A stretch of DNA of 64,000 nucleotides from Macrostomum hystrix (taxonomy: Eukaryota; Animalia; Platyhelminthes): positions 5,456,001 through 5,520,000 of the forward strand of contig CATNEN010000002.1 of NCBI GenBank assembly GCA_950097015.1, read 5' to 3'. A model generated the notes under the pieces. The model was not told the origin of the DNA, did no database searches, and worked only from the letters and a program-made list of their open reading frames with translations. The position numbers and the translations under genes are program-made. Of this stretch, positions 47,555-60,346 are shown piece by piece. Position 1 is the stretch's first letter. Each line of letters starts with the position of its first letter.

Positions 47555-48325
47555 GAAATGAGACACGGGAGAGATGAGACACGGGAGAGATGAGACATGG
47601 CAGAGATGAGACACGGGCGAGATGAGACACGGGCGAGATGATACACGGCAGAGATGAAACACGGGAGAGATGAGACACGGGAGAGATGAGACACGGGCGA
47701 GATGAGACATGGGCGAGATGAGACACGGGAGAGATGAGACACGGGCGAGATGATACACGGCAGAGATGAAACACGGGAGAGATGAGACACGGGAGAGATG
47801 AGACACGGGAGAGATGAGACACGGGAGAGATGAGACATGGGCGAGATGAGACACGGGAGAGATGAGACATGGGAGAGATGAGACACGGGAGAGATGAGAC
47901 ATGGGCGAGATGAGACATGGGCGAGATGAGACACGGGAGAGATGAGACACGGGAGAGATGAGACACGGGAGAGATGAGACACGGGCGAGATGAGACATGG
48001 GCGAGATGAGACACGGGAGAGATGAGACATGGGAGAGATGAGACACGGGAGAGATGAGACATGGGCGAGATGAGACACGGGAGAGATGAGACACGGGAGA
48101 GATGATACACGGCAGAGATGAAACACGGGAGAGATGAGACACGGGAGAGATGAGACACGGGTGAGGTGAGACACGGGAGAGATGAGACACTGGAGAGAAA
48201 AGACACAAGAGAGATGAGACACGGGAGAGATGAGACACGGGAGAGATGAGACACAAGAGAGATGAGACACGGGAGAGATGAGACACGGGAGAGTTGAGAC
48301 ACGGCAGAGATGAGACACTGGAGAG
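47555..48325 (+). repeat. 16-bp minisatellite family A
   Basis: GAGATGAGACACGGGM units. Confidence 0.95.
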
Positions 48326-48340
48326 ATGCGGAGAGATGGG

Positions 48341-48490
48341 GCTTGACGTGCAATTCACCCTCTTGTAGGCCAACCTCCGAGGCACAGTGGAGTGTACACT
48401 GCCTGACAATGAAGTCAGGGCAGATGTACACACCTGAGTGTGTGTGTGCCTCCTCGCTGGCTGCGTGTCTACTGTCACCAAATGATTTAA
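48341..48490 (+). mobile_element. SINE family B, 5'-truncated copy
   Basis: GGCCAACCTC..GGCACAG..GTGTACACTGCCTGAC..GTCAGGGCAGATGTACACACCTG..CCTCCTCGCTG..CACCAAATGAT matches the copy at 35030-35345. Confidence 0.8.
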
Positions 48491-49312
48491 TTCTGGAAGT
48501 GATTCAGTCACTGTTATAAAAAATGAAACCCATATCTAGCCGCCAGCCTAGCAACCTGTCCACCAAATGTACAGGCCTACTCAGAAACCAGAAGCCACTC
48601 AACCAACAGGTCTCTAATGCAGAGGATTTAAGCAGAGATGTAGAAGAAAACAAGAATTGTCTGCAGACAAGTGTAAAAGGACTTTGTTACTACTCTTGCT
48701 TACCATCCCTTGCATCGCAGTCTCATCCCAGAATCCATGGCTTTCCTCATGCCAGAATGGGATGAAAATCGACACGCCATGCGGAATCCCAGCCACCCAG
48801 GCGAAAGATAAAAAGCATTTCTTTGCAAGCCTCTTTCTTCCTCAGTCCCTGGCATCCCTAACTACGCCCTCCGCGATGGTTGCCATGCAATGGGACACTT
48901 GAGCTGCCTCAAGAATTTTTTTCCATTTCTTCCATTTCTTCCATGTTGAAAATTGCTGTATTTGCAGAACAGAATCAGTCATTCCCGAGTTGATGTTTGC
49001 CCAGATTAAGTCAAGGATGTTAATTCGGACGGAAAAAAATCTTGCTCTTTATTGGCACTCACTTATGCTCAAATAGCAATGGAAACAAGCTCAGTGTTTG
49101 AGTAGTATATTTACTTCAACACACAGCGTTCATATACAGTGTACAAGACCGGAGAGATAAGAGAAAACAAATGGTCAAAAGATTTCTTTGCATTTTTACA
49201 GCAGGGCAAGATTGTCTAGTCAAGGCTTTCTAATTGCAATCCCCGCGATGTTATTTCGATTCTGTCTGAAATGGTGTCAGCCAGTCTATCGCAGTTAGAT
49301 CATGCAGTGTAG

Positions 49313-50170
49313 CTACTTTGAGTAGTACGAGTTCACCAGCTCCTCCAGCGAGTTGCCCGGTTGTCCTCCGCTTGGCAGCTTCGGTGGCGGCACGTAGCGT
49401 CTCTTCCATGCGCTCTTGCGCTCCAGACTGTCTACAAGGCGCAGGAACCGCGGGTCTAACTGGGGTAGCCGAAGTGGCGCTTTGATTGGTTGAGAGTCTC
49501 GCTCGCTCCTCATTGGTTGAACCATTTGCTGGCCTCTGATTGGTTGAACAGTTTTCTGAACTCTGGTTGGTTGAAAACCAATTTCTGTGATTGGCTGACC
49601 AACTTTATCAGCTCTGATTGGTTGAGACTCCAGGCTACTCTCGATTGGTTGTTGAGAATTCAGCGACCAGGACAAAGATGGCAGCTGGCGGCTGGCGCTA
49701 GCGCTGCTTGCGCGGGACTCCGACACGCTGCGCTGTCCGTCAGTGCCGGTAATATCCAGCCTCACTAGCAGGTCGCTACTGCCGCTGTCTCCAAGCGACA
49801 CAGATCGATGCACACCTTCGCGCTCTCTTTTCAAGCGTTTTTGTTGCTGCGCCAGGGTGGCGATGCGTCCTAGCAATGGTTGCTTAGCAACACTCATCAG
49901 ACTGTCGCCGTAGTCAGTCAGCAGACAGTCTGGCAGGAGGTCCAAGGATCTGGTGAAGCCGAGTCGGTGCAGAGTCTGCAGGTGCAAAGTCTGACGAACG
50001 GCGAACGAGCGAAGCCAAGCGGTGTCCGAGGCCTCCTGGCTGAGCCGCTGCTGCTCCAGATTAACGAGCGACCGGCGCAGTCTCTGCTCCTCCAGGTTGT
50101 TGGGTCCGGAAATCACTCCGGGAACTCGGCTGGCCAGCTGGGGCACCGCCCTGCGCTGCTGACGGCTCAT
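49313..50170 (-). CDS. Hypothetical protein, 285 aa, single coding exon
   Basis: Non-repetitive GC-rich ORF from ATG to TAG, with an N-terminal coiled-coil-like segment (NNLEEQRLRRSLVNLEQQR) and LDPRFLRLVDSL. A minus-strand AATAAA lies near 49050. No family recognised with certainty. Confidence 0.7.
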   Translation of the reverse strand: MSRQQRRAVPQLASRVPGVISGPNNLEEQRLRRSLVNLEQQRLSQEASDTAWLRSFAVRQTLHLQTLHRLGFTRSLDLLPDCLLTDYGDSLMSVAKQPLLGRIATLAQQQKRLKREREGVHRSVSLGDSGSSDLLVRLDITGTDGQRSVSESRASSASASRQLPSLSWSLNSQQPIESSLESQPIRADKVGQPITEIGFQPTRVQKTVQPIRGQQMVQPMRSERDSQPIKAPLRLPQLDPRFLRLVDSLERKSAWKRRYVPPPKLPSGGQPGNSLEELVNSYYSK

Positions 50171-50764
50171 GCTGGGTCAGCGGCTCAGCTCTGGTGTCTG
50201 CGCTTGTTCTCTCCGGTTCTCTCCACTTTCTGGAGAATTCTCCAGCAGCTGCAGCGTCTGCTACTAAAAGCAGGTGTTGCTTTGGGGAGGGAAATTCTGG
50301 AGGGAAATAGTAGCCAATGGAAGGCTGGGTGAGGGATAGAGCTGGGATAGAAATTCGTAGAGTGCAGAAGAGAGTCAAATGGACTGGATGCCAGTAGAAT
50401 CGCATTGTCTTCCGCGATGGACAATTTTTTGAGAGTCAGTATTTGAGAAGTCCAGAGGACAGCCGGGGTGCCGGGCGCTTGTTGGCGAGAATTAATGAGT
50501 TTCAATCATTTTCTGCAACTGTCTCACTTTTCCCCGGATAGGCTTAGGGACGGGGGGATAAATTGGACAGAGACTTTTGTCACAATGGGAAGCTAGTGTA
50601 GGTGAAGGGAAACGCTTGGAAACCAACTGCAGGGATAAGCTGTGAAGGAGGAGACTTGGATGGAGACTGACATCCGGGCGAGGGAGTGCGAGAGTGAGCA
50701 GGACTTTAGCAGGGTGAGTGAGAGAGGGCGAGAGTGAAAGCCAGCGTCTTTATCTTCCATGCGC

Positions 50765-51010
50765 TGGCGAGACAGAGAGGGCGAGAGGGCGAGAGGGCGA
50801 GAGGGCGAGAGGGCGAGAGGGCGAGAGGACGAAGGGGCAGGAGAGGGAGAGGGCGAGAGGGCGAGAGGGCGAGAGGGCGAGAGGGCGAGAGGGCGAGAGG
50901 GCGAGAGGACGAAGGGGCAGGAGAGGGAGAGGGCGAGAGGGCGAAAGGGCGAGAGGGCGAGAGGGCGAGAAGGCGAGAGGGAGAGTGTGAGAGGGCGAGA
51001 GGGCGAGAGG
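50765..51010. repeat. 8-bp tandem repeat (GAGAGGGC)
   Basis: Visible tandem units. Confidence 0.93.
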
Positions 51011-51265
51011 GCAGGACTTAAGAGACGAGGAATGAGAGTCCAGATAAGGCGAGAAGGCGAGGTTGCGATGAAAATGGGCTTGAGGAGAGAGCATATTGAA
51101 GGAAACATGAGCAAAAGTTGAAACATAGAGGCAAAACTGAACAATTATATAAGCCGTGCAGTCATCTGTCGGAAATTTATTCTTTTTGTTGTGCAATTAA
51201 TTCTCGCAGCTAATTCCATCAGATTCCTTCCACTTAAATCATGGCGCAGAGTTCTAAAATATTTC

Positions 51266-51279
51266 GTTGCCATAGCAAC
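51266..51279. promoter_or_regulatory. RFX X-box (GTTGCCATAGCAAC)
   Basis: Matches the canonical X-box consensus, about 1.1 kb upstream of the 285-aa ORF start. Confidence 0.6.
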
Positions 51280-51479
51280 CGTAGAATTCTATTAAGCAAA
51301 GAAAAGCAACAGGAGCTTGTGAGTTGAGAATCATTCTAGGTCTGAGGCACTCGCACTGAGGCAAGATTTCTCGGCTCATCAATATTAATCGATTGAATAC
51401 TACTGCGGCACTGGCTGCTCCGAACGGAATTGAATTTGAATGGGACAATTTTCAGGGATCGGAACTTCAAGAATAAGGC

Positions 51480-51910
51480 TTTTTGAGAATCGGGATTTTG
51501 AGAATCGGGATTTCGAGAATAGGGAATTTGAGAATCGGGATTTAAAAAAGCAGGATTTTGAAAGTCTGGATTTCAAGAATCGGGATTTCAATAATCGGGA
51601 TTTCAATAATCGGGATTTTAAGAATCGGGATTTTAAAGAATCGGGGATTTCAAGAATCAGGATTTTTAAGAATCAAAATTTGAAGAATCGGTATTTCAAG
51701 AATCGGGATTTCAAGAATCGGGATTTTTAGGAACCGGGATTATTAGGATCGGGATGTTTGAGAATCGGGATTTTTAGGAACCGTGATTTTTAGGATCGGG
51801 ATGTTTGAGAATCGGGATTTTTAGAATCGGCAGTTTTGAGAATCGGGATTTTTTAGGAATCGGGATTTTGAGAATCGGGATTTTGAGAATTGGGATTTTG
51901 AGAATCGGAA
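51480..51910. repeat. About 15-bp degenerate repeat (GAATCGGGATTTTYA)
   Basis: Tandem units. Confidence 0.88.
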
Positions 51911-52222
51911 TGGGTTTCGTTCTGTATTCAATAAAAAACGATGCATATGGTGCTATATTGAAAATAAAGGTAAATAGGTCGCTTAAATGTGCGTGCAGAC
52001 ATACTTTCACAGAAAGAATAAATCAATGAGCATGTTCATGTGCACAAGGTATTACTTTAGTGCAGCATTGTGAAATCCTAACTCGGAATTAATCAAAGTA
52101 CATCCCAAACTGCCTTCATCAGAGTCTGTCTTCAATAAAGAATATTCGACATGAAAATCTGCACGCATGCTTACTGTCCTACTTGTGAGTAGTGTTATCC
52201 GTTTATAGTTTTTAATAGTTTT

Positions 52223-55200
52223 TTAGTTTGAGGCGGCTTTCTCCATGGCCACCGCCGCGGCTTCAAATGGCAGCAGGAACCACCGGCAACTGTGCTCATC
52301 CTGGCTGAAACCGTACTCAATGAGCGGCGGACAGCCCAGTCCCAATGGTCGGTCTTTGACGCGCTGGAATGTTCGAAATTTTTATTCGTGGAACTGAATC
52401 TACTCTCTGCTGGCATCTTAAATCTTGATTCCATCCTCCTTCAGATCCCATCCTCCAGATCCCATCCTCCAGATCCCATCCTCCAGATCCCATCCTCCAG
52501 ATCCCATCCTCCAGATCCCATCCTCCAGATCCCATCCTCCAGATTCCATCCTCCAGATTCCATACTCCAGATCCCATCCTCCAGATCCCATCCTCCAGAT
52601 TCCATCCTCCAGATCCCATCCTCCAGATCCCATCCTCCAGATTCCATCCTCCAGATTCCATACTCCAGATCCCATCCTCCAGATCCCATCCTCCAGATCC
52701 CATCCTCCAGATCCCATCCTCCAGATACCATCCTCCAGATCCCATTCTCCAGATCCCATCCTCCAGATTCCATCCTCCAGATTCCATACTCCAGATCCCA
52801 TCCTCCAGATCCCATCCTCCAGATTCCATACTCCAGATTCCATACTCCAGATTCCATCCTCCAGATTCCATCCTCCAGATCCCATCCTCCAGATCCCATC
52901 CTCCAGATCCCATCCTCCAGATTCCATACTCCAGATTCCATACTCCAGATCCCATCCTCCAGATCCCATCCTCCAGATTCCATCCTCCAGATTCCATACT
53001 CCAGATCCCATCCTCCAGATCCCATCCTCCAGATTCCATCCTCCAGATTCCATACTCCAGATCCCATCCTCCAGATCCCATCCTCCAGATCCCATCCTCC
53101 AGATTCCATCCTCCAGATTCCATACTCCAGATCCCATCCTCCAGATTCCATCCTCCAGGTTCCATACTCCAGATTCCATCCTCCAGATTCCATACTCCAG
53201 ATCCCATCCTCCAGATCCCATCCTCCAGATTCCATCCTCCAGATTCCATCCTCCAGATCCCATCCTCCAGATCCCATCCTCCAGATCCCATCCTCCAGAT
53301 CCCATCCTCCAGATTCCATACTCCAGATCCCATCCTCCAGATCCCATCCTCCAGATCCCATCCTCCAGATCCCATCCTCCAGATCCCATCCTCCAGATCC
53401 CATCCTCCAGATCCCATCCTCCAGATCCCATCCTCCAGATCCCATCCTCCAGATCCCATCCTCCAGATCCCATCCTCCAGATTCCATACTCCAGATCCCA
53501 TCCTCCAGATCCCATCCTCCAGATCCCATCCTCCAGATTCCATCCTCCAGATTCCATCCTCCAGATCCCATCCTCCAGATCCCATCCTCCAGATTCCATC
53601 CTCCAGATTCCATCCTCCAGATCCCATCCTCCAGATCCCATCCTCCAGATTCCATCCTCCAGATTCCATACTCCAGATCCCATCCTTCAGATCCCATCCT
53701 CCAGATCCCATCCTCCAGATCCCATCCTCCAGATACCATCCTCCAGATCCCATCCTCCAGATTCCATCCTCCAGATTCCATACTCCAGATCCCATCTTGG
53801 AAGCATGGGGAACCTTCAAGATTCGCTCCTCAGCAGACAGCAGAACAATTTCAGCTCGCCTGGCCATGGTCTGCAAGAATTGTGCAAAAAGCAAAAATTC
53901 TACTGTAAGCAGATATTGCATTGTACTTCTCAAACAGACACAAGCAGACATCACTCACATCCAGCCCCTCCACAGTCGGATGATTCATAAAGTGCCTACT
54001 GACATCTACGGCGTCGTTGAATGCGAAGAAGCAGTCCTGCAGGCTGGACAAACGGGCGCCGAAGTCACGATGTCGCCAGTCGGCTGTGTCAGGCACCAGT
54101 TCGTACTGCCAGTAGAGCAGTGCAGTTTGTTGATTGATTGATTGACTGATTGACTGATTGATGATTGATTAGTGAATGATTGATTGACTGGTTGATTGAT
54201 GGTTGATTGATTGAAGATTTATCAATTTTTTGAATTATTGGTTTACTGATGGCCGGTCCAACAACTGATTGATTTGTTGATTAACTGATCGATTGGTTGA
54301 TTGATTGATTGATTGACTTCTGGATCGATCGGTGGATAGTTTTTTTTAATCACTGATTGATTTTTTATGGATCGATCAAAATCAAACGATCAATTGACAA
54401 AGAAAGGCTCACCTCGGGGAGCAGCTTCCAGCCGTGCTTTGAGACCATCTCGAGTGCCTCAAACACGTAGGCCACAGTTTTGTTTGGATAGAAATATGGC
54501 AGATCGATGCACACCGCTGAGGGGCTGGTGAGTAGTATTGCGAGCATTATTATCGATTATCGTTTTGAGATTGACAAAATGTGAGTAAAGCGAACAAAAA
54601 GTTTATTTATCTTACTAGAAAAGTTCCCTTGCTGATATCGAGGACCTGTGTTAAAAATTTATTGCTGATAAATTGCTGATTGGCTAGTTTTACTTATATC
54701 TAGACAGCCACCTCACTCCATCACGCGAGCGGCCAGCTAAAATGCATGCTTAAAAAATTCTTAGATCAGTGTACATTCTGTAATTCACTTCACCACCAAA
54801 AGACATTCTCATTAATGTACATTCAGGCATGCTATTCTTTTTCGAAAACGATAACGACTAAATTTAGGAAAACAGACAACCAAAAATACAGCTCACGATC
54901 TGCTTCGCTGATTAAAAAAGAAATCGAACTGCATTGCCAAACGATGATCCGAGTTGAAAATCAGCTTCTGAAAATGCGTGGGCAAGTCAGAGCTTCAGGA
55001 TGTTCAAGGAAGCATTGGAGCAATCAGGGAAGCTTCAGGATGTTCAGGGAAGCTTTGGAGCAATCAGGAAAGCTTCAGGATGTTCAGGGAAGCTTTGGAG
55101 CAATCAGGGAAGCTTCAGAAAATCCAGTGATGCTTCAAAATATTCAGGGAAGCTTCAGGATATTCAGGGAAGCTTCAGGATATTCAGGGAACCTTCAAGA

Positions 55201-58200
55201 TATTCAGTGATGCTTCAAAATATTCAGGGAAGCTTCATGATATTCAGGGAAGCTTCAGGATATTCAAGGAAGCTTCAGGATATTCAGGGAAGCTTCAGGA
55301 TATTCAACGAATCTTCAGGATACTCGGGGAATTCTAGGTATTCTAGCTAGAAGTTATTGGCAAGGGCTAGGTGGACTCACGGCCAGGTAACAGCGGCCCT
55401 TCAGAGGCCGCAGTCGGCACTGGACGCCGTACAGGTCGCTGAGCAGAGCAGCCACAAATCCGTGATGCAGGAGGCGTCCTGCGAACTGGGCCGGCCTGAC
55501 AAAGAAGGCCATTGTGGGCTGCTGAGCTGCCTGACGGCTGCCGAGGAGCACCAAACTCTTCATGGGCTGCAGCACCTCCCATGTCCAGCTGACAGGTTGG
55601 TAGGGCGAAGATTGAATGGGATAAATCAATCAGGAATTTCCGCAATTTAAATTCTGCAATCGGTCGATTTTTTAATGAAACGAATTCCTGGGGGAATTAC
55701 CGGCTGCTTCGCTTGAGACTTTTGATTATTTCCAGCAAAAGGATAGAAAAACCTTCTGCAAGAATAGAAAATAATACGAATCGAAAACCTTGAAGGATAT
55801 TTATTAGAAAACCAGGACACCCAAGTCACAGGTAGGACACCCAACTTACAGGTAGGACACCCAAGTCACAGGTAGGACACCCAACTTACAGGAAGGACAC
55901 CCTACTCACAGGTAGGACACCCTACTTACAGGTAGGACACCCAACTTACAGGAAGGACACCCTACTCACAGGTAGGACACCCTACTTACAGGTAGGACAC
56001 CTTACTCACAGGAAGGACACTCTTCACACAGGTAGGACACCCAAATCACAGGCAGGACACCTAACTCACAGGTAGGAAAACGACACTTCAAGACTGAGTT
56101 GATCTCAAAAAGTGCTCAGCCTCACCGAATCAGCTCATTTTCGCGATCACGAATCTCGCCCTCGCCGACGCTTCGCCGCAGTTTGAAGGCGAGGCCACTT
56201 CGCACCCGGCCGACGATCGCAGACGCTTCGCCGTCGCCGAATTCCAAAGTCCTGTCCCAGTCGTCCGGTGCGTCGGCATTGAAAAAGCAAGTGCTGCCAT
56301 CGTCGCCGTGATCGCAGTCGTCCTCGCTGTCACAATCCTCGACAGTGTCCTTGACAAAGTCGCGCAGTTGACGCCGCCGGGCAACCAGGAGGCCGGGACT
56401 GCCGGCTCCGCCGAGCAGCCGTCCAGGCGACAAGAGCGCCGCATCGAATTCCACCGTCGAGGCGACGGAGGCGGCTGCCGACAGGTCCCAGACAAGGAGG
56501 CCGCCCCTGGACCGGACGACACTCGCCAGCGCTGAAGTTTGCGTCAATGGCGCCGCGGCCCCAGTGACATCACAGACTGCGCCAATCAGGGCGACGATTC
56601 GTTGACAACCGGCCGCCGCCAGACTGTCCAAGGCAGCCGCGGTCGCCGGCAAGTCAACGGAGGCGCCGGACGAGTCGAGAGGCGCGCGCGCGCAGGCGGA
56701 CGCGGCCGGCAGCCAGTGTCGGTGAGCCTCGCCAACTTCGCTGTCGTATGGCCCGATGAGGAGGCCGAGCCGCAGTTCTTGCCGACGGCACTGACGGTGT
56801 CGCCGGCTTCTTGAACAGCTGCTCCGGCCGTGTCGACACTGCGAGACCAGCCAGTCTAGGAGGCTGCGTGACGCATCGCCGGAGCTCCAACCGACATGGT
56901 GCACAGCGAAGTCTGCAGCTTCGTTTTCGGTTAAAAGGAATTTGCGAACCTGTCGATCGGCGTCGGTCAGGAAGCGCCATGACTGCCGACTGGCTGCTCC
57001 GCCGCCGCCGCCGCCACCGCCGCCGCCGCCGAGGCCATAGACGAATGACGGAGCGGCGAGAAATGGGAGCACGGAAGACTGGATGAAGTCCTCGATGCAG
57101 CGAAGGTTACTGCCGTAATGGAGATACCAATGGAACGTCTGCGGATCTCCAGAGATCCCACATGCTCAGATCCTATATCATCCCCTGATCCCATATCATC
57201 CCCTGATCCCATATCATCCCCTGATCCCATATCATTCCCTGATCCCATATCATCCCCTGATCCCATATCATCCCCTGATCCCATATCATCCCACTGATCC
57301 CATATCATTCCCATATCCCATATCATCCCCTGATCCCATATCATCCCCTGATCCCATATCATCCCCTGATCCCATATCATCCCCTGATCCCATATCATCC
57401 CCTGATCCCATATCATCCCACTGATCCCATATCATTCCCATATCCCATATCATCCCCTGATCCCATATCATCCCCTGATCCCATATCATCCCCTGATCCC
57501 ATATCATCCCCTGATCCCATATCATCCCCTGATCCCATATCATCCCACTGATCCCATATCATTCCCATATCCCATATTTTCTAATCCCAAGACCCCATAT
57601 CCTCAGATTCAAGGTCCCCTATTATCAACCATTGTTTGCCCACAATTATGAGCAAGTGATTTGTAAAAGTACTAATTATTTAGCAACGAGTTCTAACAAG
57701 AACCGAAGACGTTAGAACTGTACCTAACTGCTCTAAAGAAAAAGTGGCAGGTGTAAAATAAGGTGAGCAGCAGAGGCACCTGCCTGTATTATCCCATCCC
57801 ATCCCCTGTCCGTTTATCCCGATGTGGCATTTCTGCGCTCTTTCTTGTTAAAGCATTCGAAATCTGAGCTGGGATCTGAGACGGACTCAGCTGAGATGCT
57901 GCTCAATCCCTGTCTGTGCTCGCTCTCTGCCCAGATCCCCAAAACGCTGATCTCCCTCCCCCGGGCCGGGTTTTATCCCCTCGTCCTGCTCCCCGCCAGT
58001 TCGGGGATGGGATGGGGTGGCGCAGCTTCAAATGACTTTAATTAACTCCTTTCCTCCTCTTTTTGCCCGTGTCTCCGCATTCCTTTTGCAAAGAAGACTG
58101 CCCCGCCCCGTATTGTATCCCACCCTGTCCCTACCTGGCAGTCCCATGGCGGCACTTATCCCCTCGGGGCATGTACAACAGCCCCCGCCTGCGACTCAGA

Positions 58201-60274
58201 TCTGGCCCATCCTTATTTTTTTTTCTTCTAGCCCTCTTTCTCCGAATTCTCTGCTTGAGAAGACGCGGCGCGGCGCCTGTGCGGCCGATGCGAGAATAGC
58301 CGGCCGGGTGAGACTCAAGCCTACGAGCTTTCTCCTCTGCGCTGACTTGAGTCTCAGCGAAATCTCCCCCCCCTTCACCTGCTGTTTATCCCACACTCAA
58401 TCTGCTCAATCACAATCAACAGAATCAGCTGCGGGGACGAATGAAGACAGAGCATGAAGTTGTAGCGATTTGTATGCCTTTTAACACACCAGTCTGTCTT
58501 CGGAAAAATTTCAGAAAAGAGAGATTGGGGGTGAGAGAGTGTGAGATTGGGGGATGAGAGAGTAAGGGATTGGGGGTGAGAGAGTGTGAGATTGGGGGAT
58601 GAGAGAGTAAGGGATTGGGGGATGAGAGAGTAAGGGATTGGGGTTGAGAGAGTGAGAGATTGGGGGTGAGAGAGTGAGAGATTGGGGGATGAGAGAGTGA
58701 GAGATTGGGGGTGAGAGAGTGAGAGATTGGGGGATGAGAGAGTGAGAGATTGGGGGGTGAGAGAGTGTGAGATTGGGGGATGAGAGAGTGAGAGATTGGG
58801 GGGTGAGAGAGTGAGAGATTGGGGGATGAGAGAGTGAGAGATTGGGGGATGAGAGAGTGTGAGATTGGGGGATGAGAGAGTGAGAGATTGGGGGGTGAGA
58901 GAGTGTGAGATTGGGGGATGAGAGAGTAAGGGATTGGGGTTGAGAGAGTGAGAGATTGGGGGATGAGAAAGTGTGAGATTGGGGGTGAACGAGTATGGGA
59001 TTGGGGTGAGTGAGTGTGAGATTGGGGATGAGAGAGTAAGGGATTGGGGGTGAGAGAGTAAGGGATTGGGGGTGAGAGAGTAAGGGATTGGGGGTGAGAG
59101 TGTGAGATTGGGGTTGAGAGAGTGAGAGATTGGGGTGAGAGAGTGAGAGATTGGAGGTGAGAGTGTTAGTGTGATATTAGTAGTGAGAAAGGGTGGGAGA
59201 TCTTAGTGAACGAGGGTTGACGGTGTGCGAGAGCGGTCACATTAATTTCGAGCTCCCAGATAAGTCACACAAATATTGTACTCACCGTCCATTGACAGAG
59301 GAGTCGCAATAGACCACTGAAATGGCATGGGATCAAAAGTTTGGGATCGCAAAAGTCCCTTCAATTATCGCCTACTGTGAGCCTGTAGCTCTCTTACCTT
59401 TTCTAAGACCGTAGGGCCCTATAAAGCAGGCCTCAGACCCTATCATGTTGCGGAATAAATAGTCCAGCTTGCCCTTGGCTGCGATGGCACCCTCAGCAAT
59501 GCGCCAGTCAGCTGCCACCTGCTGGTTAAGTTTGGTGGAGTGACGAGAGTGATTTTCCTTCCGAGTGACGAGAGTGATTTTCCTTCCGAGTGACGAGAGT
59601 GATTTTCCTTCCGAGTGACGAGAGTGATTTCCCTTGGAGTGACGAGAGTGATTTCCCTTGGAGTGACGAGAGTGATTTCCCTTGGAGTGACGAGAGTGAT
59701 TTCCCTTGGAGTGACGAGAGTGATTTCCCTTGGAGTGACGAGAGTGATTTCCCTTGGATTGACGAGAGTGATTTTCATCGGAGTGACTAGAGATTTCGTG
59801 CTTGAGTGGCTCAAAAGATTCGACGGGGCACTTGACTGGAAAATTCAAACGATTGTACCTCTAATTTCCTTTCAAAATATTGAGCCTTTGAAACGTAGCC
59901 TGTGCAGTCCAGCTCATAGTTGAGGCCGCCGCTAAATGACCTTGACACAGAATTGTGAATCACAGGGTCACGCTGCTGGCGTCTCTGCTGCTGCTGCTGC
60001 TGATGATGATCAATTCGTGCAATGTCCGGCAGATGCGAGGTCGACCCAGATGTCCGGATTCCTTGTCGATTCTTTATCTGATACTGCTGATGCTGCTGTT
60101 GCTGCTGCTGATGCTGCTGATGCTGCTGATGCTGCTGATGCTGCTGATGCTGAAATGTTGGCGGAGTCTTCAGACACTGCCTTCTTGGCAGTGGGATGCG
60201 ACTGCCAACAAAGACTGGCACCTCTTTGTATTTTTCTGGCAGTTGCACGGGGCGCTCTTGCATCAGCATCGATG

Positions 60275-60346
<72 letters not shown>

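Noticed and set aside
52292-53990. Five overlapping 420-545-aa ORFs (DPILQIPSSRSHPP / GSGGWDLEDGIWRM)
   Set aside because: The 14-bp intronic repeat is open in nearly all frames on both strands, and the flanking exons splice across it in phase.
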